DNA from: Azolla caroliniana
Taxonomy: Eukaryota > Plantae > Polypodiophyta
Assembly (NCBI GenBank): GCA_043228905.1
Contig: JBHGNT010000006.1
Location: 18,910,001 to 18,974,000 of the forward strand
Direction of reading: 5' to 3'
DNA length: 64,000 bases
Of this stretch, positions 37,866 to 49,700 are shown one piece after another. Under the pieces are notes generated by a model. That model saw only the letters and a program-made list of their open reading frames with translations, did not search any database and was not told the DNA's origin. Position numbers and translations under genes: made by a program. How positions within the stretch are numbered: position 1 is the stretch's first letter; each line of letters begins with the position of its first letter.

Positions 37866-40800
37866 TTACATAGCAATCAAATCGTCAATGTCATTTTCTT
37901 CATCATCCTGTATAGAAGTCTCTTCGGCTATACGTGCATTGGCTTCCCCTGTTAGCCGAGCCAACGAAATATCTTCTATAAGCTCATCATCAAGCTCAAT
38001 TAGCTCCTCCGGTTCCCCGACCAACGGAGGAATAGGCTCTCGCGAAGCAGGTTGAAACCTTTCAGTATCAATGAGGTTCTTTGCACCGACCTCCTCGTCC
38101 TGGTCTGGGCACTCCCACAAAGCCTTAATCCTCATGTTTATAAATATAACCTGCTCCTCATCCTTCTTCAATGCAACTGTGTTTCTAAAGAGCTTCAGGG
38201 TTCCTGTGAAGAAAGTAACAAGAAGAATTATTTCTCAAACAAAAAAGATTCAGTATTGGTTATCTCAAGATCGTTACCCTAGTTCGAGGAATACCTGTGC
38301 CAGAAAAGAGGTTTAATATCCAGTCTCCTTCGACAGAAAACATCTCGATCAAGCGCATCATAAGTCGTTGAGGTTTTTGGTATGGGTTGACAAGTCCTCG
38401 TTCTGTCGTGGTGACATGTCACAATTTCCGTGTCACTGCTGGATATACCAATAGATTTGAACCTCCCACTTCATTAGAATGCTCCTTGATTCTTTGTTTC
38501 TTAATTTCATCGAAGTAGCCAACCGTGATGTATTCAATGGCATTAACGAACCGAAAGGTTGGCCCTCTATTTACATTGGTTTTTATCCTATAACAAATAT
38601 TACATCGAGTTAAGAATAGATTGAACAATCTTAAGAAAGGCAATATAGTGAATGAGAAAGGCACCATATTGAATTCAATATCACTATTTGAAAGACTTAC
38701 TTATTGAACCCATTGACCATTTCTTCAAGGCTTAAATCTTTCACCACAACCCTTGACAAAACAGACACAAGAAGCTGCTCGTCCTTAGTACCTTGCATCG
38801 CTCTCCACATAGATAGCTTCATGTCGTCAGCCACTTCTTCAATTGTCAAATCAATTTTTTTGGCTGCTTGTGACTTTAATTCTAGTTGAGGGTCTACCTT
38901 ACATTTCTTCTGTTGTCTCCTTATTCTCCCACATTGAGAAGATTTGATCTTGTAGGTCCCATACCTCTCCATCTCTAAAGGCCAGTTGAAACCAAGACTC
39001 ATATTTTCGAAGACCATTGGACTTAACATTATCATCTACCACAATGCCAACTTCATGCAAGCATTGACGTCGTAGGCCTGGATGTAGCTTCACACCAAAC
39101 TTTTGTTTGACGTCCAAATACTCGTGGTGGAAGAACCTTATACGCTCAATCAATGACATTTTCTGCCTATAGTCATTACCATTATTGTGGTCCCATGCCA
39201 ACAACTTTGCCTCTTCAGTTGTGAGACCCACGTAAAGTTTGCACTCGACATACTTGAAGAAGAAAGTCGTTGGATGTTCTCTGACAAGTTGCCGACGTGC
39301 CTCCGCCGAATGCGATCCACCAATGACAAAGTAATTATATTGATCATGCTTTCTTATATCGAAATCTTCAATGGTTTCACATTCTTCAGGATCCACCATA
39401 ACAATAAAAGGCACAACGGTAGCATGTGGATTAATTTTCATTTATTTCTTGAGATTTTGAACATGCATTCGGTGTGACTCTCTAATCTCAAGTGGTCTTC
39501 GTCCTGTTTTTTCATCAATAGGGGGCCGATGGATGTGTGTTATAGGCAAATTAAACACTTTCCCCTTCCTTACCAGTTTATGTTGCATTAACTCTCTCCG
39601 TATCTTATTCTGCTCGGATGACAACACACTCGATGCAAGCTCCGCTCCTGGCGTCCCCTTAGTGTCCTCATCTTCGTTTGAGCTTGATGAGTCGGAGTCC
39701 AACATTTTAGTCATCTTCTTTTTTGCTGGCCTTGATTGTTCTTTAGATGCCCTTTTCGGGGCCTTTACTGGGGAGGGCAATGGCTCCCTTAGAGTTACGT
39801 GGCCTTGTATATAATGCTCAAGGTAACAATAAGGTTTTGTGAGCTTTCTAGATCTTTTTTAAATGCTTCTGGCCCAAAAGATTCCTTTACTAGAAGATCT
39901 TCAGAAAGGAACACTTTACGTACCCCCTTAGAGCACTCTATCATTACAAGTATGTTGGCCGAATCTGAATCTCCGTAGTCAAATCGTAGAATACGGCCAT
40001 ACATAAATGCAGTTTCATTTTCAAGCTGCCCCTCGCCCTTCTTCTTTGTTGTATACAACACGACTTTTTTCTTTGAGTCGACGTATTGCATACACCATTC
40101 CTTGTCCGTTAGATCATGGTCAGGAAGGTCTTCACCACCAGTAGCTGCTAATAGTTTTTTTGGCTAACCTCATTGGGTGGTTGAGATTTTGTCTCCTTGT
40201 TGAAGAGAAGCTTTTTTCCTCTCTTCATGTTCTCGAGAACTATTAGGGCCTGTGTTTCAATTGGAGAGCCCTGTATGCGGAACTTTATCTTCTTCACAGG
40301 TCGGTCTGACAAGTTCTCAAACGACCTATTTAAGAAAGGACATGCAAAAATATAAGTTAGGTGGTCACGTAGATTAAGGTTGTATATTAAAATACAAATA
40401 ATTAGACGAAGACAAAAACTAGCAGGCAATTTGTGGTAAACTATAAATATCAATCATGCATTGAGTGAACATGGTAGTCCTTTATTCAGAAATCCATTCT
40501 AGTAAGGGCTATTCAACTTAGAAAATATATATTTCAATAAGTATACAAGGATATATATTATCTTGAAGGGTAGGTATGGCTTATATTGATTCCATATCCA
40601 TATTCTAGAGAATTTGCATATGGTAGACTTGATTTTGGTATCGTAAAGGTAATTTGTGGGTTATTTTTTACTATTTTAAGCTATACTAGGCCATAAAACC
40701 TCTATAATTAAGGCCCCTATTTGTTACAAAATATGGCAAATCTCCATAAAAAAAGTCTGATTTTGACAGAAAGTTTAATATCTTTTCACACAATACTAAA

Positions 40801-41472
40801 TTGTTGCCCCAAAGACACAATATTCCTCTTTTAATTGTGTGTTTTATACAGGAGCTCGATACGCCGTATCGAGTTCCTGTATTATGTACGTCTTTTACAG
40901 AAGAACTCGATACGCCGTATCGAGTTCCTGTATAAAACAGAAACATTATACAAGAACTCGATCGTATCGAGTTCCTGTATAAAAGGCACAATTAAAAGAG
41001 GAATATTGTGTCTTTGGGGCAACAATTTAGTACGGTGTATCGAGAACTTTATACAGGAACTCAATACGCCGTATCGAGTTCTTGTATAATGTTTCTGTTT
41101 TATACAGGAACTCGATACGGCGTATTGAGTTCTTCTGTAAAAGACGTACATAATACAGGAACTCGATATGGCGTATCGAGTTCCCTTTTAAAATGCAAAC
41201 AGAATACAAGAACTCGATACGGTGTATCGAGTTCCTCTTTAAAAAAAAAACTTTAAATAGGAACTCGATACGCCATATCGAGTTATTGTATAAAACACAA
41301 ACATTATACAGGAACTCGATACAGCGTATCGAGTTCCTATATAAAGTTTGTGTTTTTTACAGGAACTTGATATGGCGTATCGAGTTCCTGAGTGCTAAAA
41401 CATATTTACAAAAATGTCTACAGTGTCAGAGGCTTACCTGGAGTCCGAGCGCTCGATTTTCTTTGAAGACAT
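37866..41472 (-). pseudogene. Spliced gene encoding a ParB/Srx-like domain fused to a beta-class N4C/N6A DNA methyltransferase (decayed)
   Basis: Predicted exons 41472-41438, 40325-38701, 38587-38295 and 38203-37866, with frame-compatible GT-AG introns. ParB-like VIGGSHSAEARRQL..YVGLTTEEAKLLAWDHN. MTase-like NPYQKPQRLMMRLIEMFSVEGDWILNLFSGTGT..LKLFRNTVALKKDEEQV. TATAAATA on the minus strand near 41590. Confidence 0.75.
40850..41390. repeat. Array of ten 25-bp palindromes GAACTCGATACG(C/G)CGTATCGAGTTC at ~51-bp spacing
   Basis: Copies near 40852, 40903, 40953, 41057, 41108, 41159, 41210, 41261, 41312 and 41363, separated by AT-rich linkers. Confidence 0.95.
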
Positions 41473-42308
41473 GGTTGATCTTATCGGTGTTTAGGCAGAG
41501 ATCTCGCTTTCGTGCTTCGTGCTCTATGTGCTCTGTTAGCTCTATGTGCCCTTGTGCTTCGTGTGACTGAAATATGACGAGGTCTTCCTATTTATAAGGA
41601 TTGAGCACAGTGGTTAAAGTAACCACAGTCACTTTAACTAGGGTTGGCAAGCTTGAGGTAGGTTAATTAGTAACCACAGTCACTTTAACCAGAGTTACTT
41701 ATGATTGCATCAATGATTACAAAGTCAAAGTAACATATTGATTATTATTTTATAATCAAAATAACATACAATGACTTTGAAGGTCATGAAGGAAACAATG
41801 ATAGAGGTTCATGATTGAACCAATGATTGAACCGATGATTGATTACTCAAAGCAACATTTTTATGCCTCTTAATTGCTTTGTATTAAAGATGTGGGCATG
41901 AATGAACCAACGATTGAAAATTCTTATATTTAAATTGGTGGGCATGAATGAACCAATGACTGAGAAGTTCTATATTAAATATGGGTCCCATTAATTAACC
42001 AATGATTTTAACTTATCCAACATATATATGGCTTCATAATGATTGTAATTATATTATACTTGATTTAACTTTATACAGACTAGTTTAAGTAATTATTAAT
42101 ATGTTGAATACAATTATATCTTTATGTGTTTAATATTAATATGGTGAATAATATCTTTATGTATTGTATTAATATAATATTAAATAATATAGACATTATA
42201 TTGAGGGAGCTTCTGTTTAGAGAGGAGTATATGTTTAGAGAGGAGCTTATCAATTTTTTGCCTTAGCCTAAGCACATAACTTAAAGAGCTCTGTGTGAAC
42301 CTTAAGCC

Positions 42309-45094
42309 ATGAGTGAAGACTCACTGTTCTCAATTGAAGAATATTGTTTGTCATCAAACTCTTCGTTTTCTACTGAAGAGTATTGTTTGTCGACAAACTC
42401 ATCATTTTCTATTGAAGAATATTGTCTGTCAACAGACTCACCATATTCTATCGAAGAGTATTGTCTGAGCTCATCTTCACCTACAACGAATGTGAATATT
42501 GACACGTGTGAAGAGTTCTCTATTGAAGAATACGATATTAATAAAGATATGGAGAATGAAGGTAGTGCCAATGAAACATCGAATATCATGGGCGATGGTC
42601 ACAACAAAGAATTGGATAGTAACAAGGTTACACCAACTTCTATGCAGGAAGAGAAATCTGGAAGCCCTATGCATATTAGAAGAATCCCACGAAGAATTCA
42701 TCTGGCTAGATTTAACTTGGTGACATCAGATAAATAGATTGGATTTGATGTCAAAAAAATATGTTGTGCCCGTGGTTGTATGTCTATGATTGGAAAATCA
42801 AAGTTGCGAGAATTAAGGTGATACTATTTTTCGATGACTGGTGATGAGCAAGACACTTACCTCGGGTCACATATGCAACTAGTGTTTGACAAATGTACGG
42901 GGATCAAAGTATCATTTAAGTATTATATCTTCCATGCGCAACAGATATGTAGAGTTGCATTCAAAATTGCGTTATGTGTTAGTAACATGCGGCTACATAG
43001 AGTACACCAACGTCTACTTAGCGGGGATCAGATGCTCAATTGTAAAGAGGTTCCAAGTATGAAAGGTGCAATTGGAAGACATGCTATTGATTGGATAAAA
43101 AGTTACTTTTAGTTAAATTGTGAAGTAATACCCACTACAGGTAGGATGCACCTCTCTAATAATTACACACGTCGGGAAGTTTATGATGTCTATCGATCTG
43201 ATATGGTGGGCTCACGTAATAAGTCTGTCACATATAGCCAATTCACAAGATTATGGAGAGCTCGGTTTTCAAATGTTATCATTCCACGTAAAGTATGCAT
43301 AGGGTATTGCTCCATTTGTGCAAATCTTAAAAGTTTGGCTAAAGGTGCAAAGACATCAATGGAAAAGGATATGAGTAAGAAGTTACTACAAGAGCATTGT
43401 GAGGCACAATTGTTAGAATGAAAGAAGGCGATGCATCATAGAGAGAAGTGTTTGAAGAGGCCCGAACAATACATGTGCTTAATGATAGATGGCATGGATT
43501 AGAAGAAGACGTGCTTGCCGCATATGTGGAGGCTCCCCAAAGTCATCAATGATGAGTGCCTTGTTCAAATGCATTTGGTGGGATGCTTGGCTTATAATAG
43601 GTCTGTTGGACCTCACGTCTTCATTACATACCCCAATGTTCACAATGACCCTAACCTAACAATTACAGTGATTCACCGAGTTTTGATGTCTTGGGGTCAA
43701 CCTTTCCCCCCTGTTCTATACATTCAATTGGACAATACTGCTAGAGAGAACAAAAATTCAACTATGTTTGGCTATCTTAGTATGTTGGGCAACCAAGGAT
43801 TGTTTAGAAAAGTGAAAGTCAATTTTCTTTTGGTTGGCCACACACATGATCATATAGATCAAATGTTTAGCACATTCTCCAGACAGTTGTCTCGGCATGA
43901 TGCTTTCACATTACCTAAACTATTTGATGTCATTTGTGATGCATATACACCACGCCCAAAAGTGTTACACTTGAAGGAGGTATATGACTTTAAGAGATAT
44001 ATATCAGATGGGGGTGTTGGGAATGTTAAAGTGCTTGCCCAATTAAACAATATAAGCTTCAATCACATTTTTATGATAAAGAAAAATGAAATAAGTGGTT
44101 CTACGCTTTGTATGCTAAACAATATTCATCTTCTACAACATGGGAACCTGAAGGTGGTTGCCAGTTATTACTTTGTATGCCGCGTACAATTGTCCATGGA
44201 GCTAAGCAAATGCCAATTGAGAAGAAAGGACAGTTGCAAAGTGACTTGGTATCGGAACAAAAATGGTTATGGCTCCAAGCCTTAGAAGAAAAAAGAAAGC
44301 ATATTGAGGCCGCCAAGAAATATGCCGCACAACAAGACACGTCATGGTGGGATGTATTTTATAGTGATCAGAAAGGAATTATAGACAATTGTGTATTTGG
44401 TGATAATTGGAATTTGGAAACACCATTCACATGGTCGCTGCAACATGATCATGTAAATAAAACTCCGGAGCAACCAACAAATGCGATTAATGACAGTTTG
44501 GTCCATCCACAACAAAGAGACATTTATGTGGGACCAAGGATGACCAAAGCAGCCGAAGCTAGATGGCAAGGCAATTTGCAAGAGCTCACGGCGGGGATGT
44601 TGATTGCAACGCCAGCTGATGAGAACTCACATGGCCACCAATTTTGGGTTGGTAAAATTCTAGAAGTGCTAATGCATGAAATAGAAAACACGATCAAGTC
44701 TATAAACGTTCATTGGTACAACACTAGAAGTGCAAATGCTTTTACAGGTAAGTATACATTGGAGATGATTGAATGCCCAACAACAAGGGGATGTAGGAAG
44801 AGGAAGCGAAACATTCATAACACCTCGACCCTTGATATCTCTGATGTGGATATCATTGTGTACGACTTCACGCTTACAAAAGCTGGACGATTAAGGAAGC
44901 CAACAATAGATATAATAAAAGAAAAATTACCAGGTCTATAAGGTGGCTCGAGTCAAAGGCAAACAAGATTTGCTACATATAATCTAGAGTCAAACCATTT
45001 GGTTTATGACGAAGATAATGCACTGATTGGTACATCCGAGGATAACGAGGAGGAAACGTCACTGTATATTAGTTATAGTAGTGATTCTCCGTAA
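42309..45094 (+). pseudogene. Sola1/DUF7869-like DDD transposase copy B, full-length but with stops and one frameshift
   Basis: Cys motifs CCARGC, CRVAF and CSICANLK. Putative catalytic motifs IDGMD, IQLDNTARENKN and GHTHDHIDQMFS. C-terminal FWVGKI..VHWY. Confidence 0.8.
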
Positions 45095-45457
45095 AGGAGT
45101 GATCATGAATGTATTTTTGGCTATTAAGTGTAACTACATTCTGCTTGTAACAAATCAAGTAATATAAAAGCATGTGTTTTGAATTCTTATGGTTTCTAAA
45201 AAATCGTTTCTTATACATTGGTTGTAAAGTTTGTGATATAAATTGAGAATGTAACTTTTTGAAATTCCTCTTTTTTTAGTTACTTCTAAATCACGAAAAT
45301 AGTGGATTTTTAACCTTTTTCATAGTATGTTTGAACATGTATGATACTGGTATCAATGTGTTTTGTAAAATCATTGAAAAAGCCCTAAAATCAACCAAAA
45401 ATTTCCTTATCCTTCCATTTATACGCGATCCTTCCACTTGTGAACACGAACGTGTTT

Positions 45458-46398
45458 AATTATTTATTTCTTCATCTGTTGTCCCACTCTTTGCAATGCT
45501 TTTTAAGCTTGCACATACAGAGCAAACACCCATCCGGACCTTGCGGGGTATGACCACATTTTTAAACTTCAATCTCCATAATCGATTAAAATAACATGTC
45601 ATCCTTATACGTGTGGTACACCTCATGACGAGTGAAGTTATATGACAAATGTAATCTTCCAGTGGTGGGGATAACATCACATTGCTTCGAGAAATATATC
45701 TTCATCCATCTCACGGCATGCCCCCCAATTAGACCCTTACATGCAGATTCTGTATTGTTGAAAGGTACCCACGAGCACTTACCTAATCGATGTTGAATTC
45801 TCTGGAGTCTCATGTTACCAATGCTATAAACAATCTTAAAAGCTACTTGACAACTCTTCATACTAAGTGAAAGGTAATATTCCACATGCAAAGAACTTTA
45901 AATTGTCGGGTGATCCTTAACAAGTTGCATATGTGAAATCAAGAAAGTATCTTGTTTGTCGCCATTAAGCGACAAATACTTCTGTCGCAACCCCCTCAAG
46001 TTTGTCTTTCCAAATTTTGAAAGACAAAGATTCCCACAACATGTCTTGCATATATCAAATGCAATTTGGCGATCCGAACACAAAAAATTATATGTTTTAA
46101 CACTCACTTGTCGAGGAACTCTTTGAAAATTCGGAGGTTTATGAACACAATCCTCGTCAACACTACATAAACTAGGTTCCTCATGATTTGTAACTACTTT
46201 ATTATTTCGTAGTCGACCTAAGATAAAAGGCTCGATCGAAAAAAGTGAATTCGAACTTTGCCCAACATCATCGTTGGACTCTACATGGCATCGTTTATTA
46301 TTTATATGGTTATATTCATCGATAGAGAATAACGAGTTATCAGATAATTTAAAAGGCTCAATGGAGAATAGAGAACTTTTACTCGAGGTTGAGGACAT
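45458..46398 (-). pseudogene. Transposase copy A, N-terminal part
   Basis: SLFSIE repeats, CCGNLC, CQVAFK, PTTGRLHL and CSVCASLK. Rejoins 36715 in frame (EINN|YKTLLREH). Confidence 0.8.
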
Positions 46399-46774
46399 CT
46401 CGACTAAGTCTAACTAAGCTCAATCGAGTTGAAAATAGCTCAAAATTTTCTTCTATAATAATTCAAATTTAAAAGTATTTTTTAAAAATTAAGAAACAAA
46501 ATAATAATTAAAAAATTATTTAAAGGAAATGCCTCTTCTCATTGTCATTATCGCATTCAAGAAGCAAAGGAGCACAGAGCATCCCAGACCTTTCGTTTTT
46601 GCCTCCCCGGTCAACTCGAGTCGACATTGGCAACATGAACAAGGGAAAGAAAATTGCCAGGTATCTTCTTTTAACTATTTTTTAAGATTCTCTAACTTTA
46701 GATTCCCAAAAGATTCTTTTTTTTGCTCATTTTTTTCAATAGGAACTCAATGCACTACATCGAGTTCTCGTTGA

Positions 46775-49700
46775 AAGCAACACTCATTCAACGGTTTTAG
46801 TCGGAATCCATTCACCCATTTCGGTAGTAATTCTCCCACTAATGTTGGTATGTACCATTGTTGCTGTCAACTATCCAATAGGGCCATGTCCATCTGAATC
46901 GTAATTTCCCCGGCATGAAAAACTAATACTGGTTTGCCAATGTCGAATAAATTTTCTTTCCCTAATCGATGTCGATTGACAAATGCTTTTTTCTTCCTTT
47001 GTTTCTCCTTTAAATGCCACATTGATTGTAGTCGATTTTCCTCCAATGTGAGTAGCTACTCCTTCCAGATTCTTTCCGACTATTCTTCATCAAGTCGTTC
47101 TGCCACCTGCACTCTTAAATTCGATGGACATAACTGCTTCGAGCCCAATCGCTAACCGAAATGGAGTCGACCGAATCATGGTCTTGTACGTCATTCGATA
47201 ACCCACAATGCACTATGTAACTTGTAATCCCAATCAATATGGTTTTCATTGACATCTGCAACGTCTTATTAGTCGATTATACTAATCCATTTGCTTGTGG
47301 GTAATAAGGTGTACTCTTCTTGTGCACTACGACATAATAATTCGTTAATTCGTAAATTACCTTATTGATAAAATGAAAAACTAATATTGGTTTGCCAATG
47401 TCGAATAAATTTTCTTTCCCTACATGACGTTGATCGACAAATGTTTTTGTCTTCCTTTGTTTCTGCTCTAAATGCCACATTGAATGTAGTCGATTTTCCT
47501 CCAATGTGAGAAGCTACCCTTTCCTGCTTTTTTCCAACTATTCTTCATCCAGTCGTTCTGCCACCTGCAATCTTAAACTCGGAATTTGAAATTTGATGGG
47601 CATAACTGCTTCTAACCCAAACGCTAACCGAAATATAGTCGACCGAATCATGGTTTTGTACGTCGTTCGATAACCCACAATGCACTATGTAACTAATCCC
47701 AATCAATACGGTTTTCATTGACGATTTTCTTTAAAATCATCTAAAGTGTCTTATTAGCCAATTATACTAATCCATTTGCTTGTGGGTAATAAGGTGTACT
47801 CTTCTTGTGCACTACGGCATAATAATTTGTTAATTCATAAATTACCTTATTGATCAAATGAGTACCCTGATCGCTTACGAGCTCGATTGCACAGCTGAAT
47901 CTGCACCAAATGCATTCATATATGAACTTTGTAGTCGAAGCTGTTGTATTGTCGCACAACACTTTCGCTTCAACCCACTTCATATAATAATATGTTGCGA
48001 CAATTACATATCGATCACCCGTTCATGCTGTTATAGGTTTGAATGGACCGACAAAGTCGATCCCCCATTTTGAAACAGTTCGAGTGGCAAAAGAAGCTGA
48101 TGTGGCATTCGATCCTTTTTGTTTGGTTGCCTGACTCACTGACATAAATCACATTGTCGATAGTAGTCAACTGCATCCATTAGAGTTCTCGGCAACCATA
48201 ACCCACTATTCCATATTTTCCGAGTGGTCATCCCTCCAGCATAATGGCCTCCAGCCACGCCACAATGGGCTTCTCGTAATACTGCTTCCTTCTTGAATAG
48301 TCGTATGCATCTTCTTCAAATTCCATTTTATGATATAACATATCTTCAATTAGGCTGAAGTTTCGACTACGAACAACTAGTCTCTTCCTTTCGTCTAGTG
48401 ACATCCCTTCTGGAGGTAATCCGGTGCTGAGGAATGAAACCATGTCTATAATCCTTAAGTCCTCAGATTCCTCGTCCAATTTTGTCGACTTGATAGTGTT
48501 GACACTAAACAGTCGAGGATCTGGGAAATCATCCTACACCCCTTTGCCTAGCTCTCCCGACTCTCCTCGACTTAAATAGTCAGCTATTGCATGTTGTACC
48601 CTATGTCGATAAATTATGTCAAATTTGAATTCTTGCAACAGAAGTGTTCATCTTGCTAATTTGCATGTTAACGATTGTTTCGATATTACGTATAACAGTG
48701 TAGAATGATCAACATGGAAGGTGAATTTCCGACCGAGAAGGTAGTGTCAGCATTTATGGACATTATAAATCATATATAACGTTTCTCATTCGGTCGTCGA
48801 GTAATTTCTTTTGGCAGTCGATAATTTTCGACTCGCATAATAAATGGGTCGATACCAATTTGGCTCCAATAATTGCATTAAGGCACTTCCGATTGCTATA
48901 TCCAAGGCATCGACAAATACATGAAAATCTTTCGTCTAGTCAGGTGGTTGAATGACCAGAACTCTCGACAACATATTCTTTAAGGAGTCATATGCATCAT
49001 GTTCTGTTGTTGACCATAGGAAAGGTGTTTTATGTACTGCATCACGAAGTGGTGTAGCAACGTCTACCAAATACCTTATCATTCAACTAGGTCATCTAAT
49101 TTGGCTCAAGAATCAACTTAATGCCTTAGCATTAGCCGAAGGTGGTGCGTCCATTATTGCCTTCACTTTGTCGGGGTCGACAACAATTCCGTCCCGGCTG
49201 ACGATGTGCCTGAGCAATGTACTGCTCGTTACCCCAAATGCACATTTGGCTAGATTTAAACTAAGCCGAGCCTGTCGGCACTTTTCCAAACATAGTCGTA
49301 AATGCTCTAGATGGTTGGCTCTTCGATTGTAGACTGCAAAGTTGTCGAGAAATACCTGCATAAATGCAGGAAAATATTTTGAAAAGATTTCAACAATTAT
49401 TCTCTGGAATGTAGCCAACGTTATTTTGAGGCCGAACATCATTACGACTGCCACAAAAACTCCCCATTCTGTGACAAAGATCATCTTCTCTTGATCATCT
49501 AGGGGCATCTGAATCTGATTGTAGACACTAAATCCATCCAGAAGACTATATATTTCATGACCTCCCATTGCCTCAAGTACTGCATCTGTGAATGGTAAGG
49601 GAAAAGCATCTGTAACCATTGCAACATTAAGTTTTCTATAGTCGACAGAAACACGAATTTTCCCATTCTTTTTGGGCACAACGACTATTGGGCTAAGCCA

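Noticed and set aside
40850-41390. CRISPR array
   Set aside because: The linkers are short, AT-rich and related to each other, some as reverse complements. There are no cas genes, and the context is a eukaryotic intron.
37866-41472. Bacterial contamination as the source of the ParB-MTase
   Set aside because: The gene has frame-compatible GT-AG introns and a TATA box, and it is embedded among plant-type retroelements.
40686-41570. ORFs over the palindrome array
   Set aside because: They are repeat-derived and appear on both strands. The region is better explained as intron 1.
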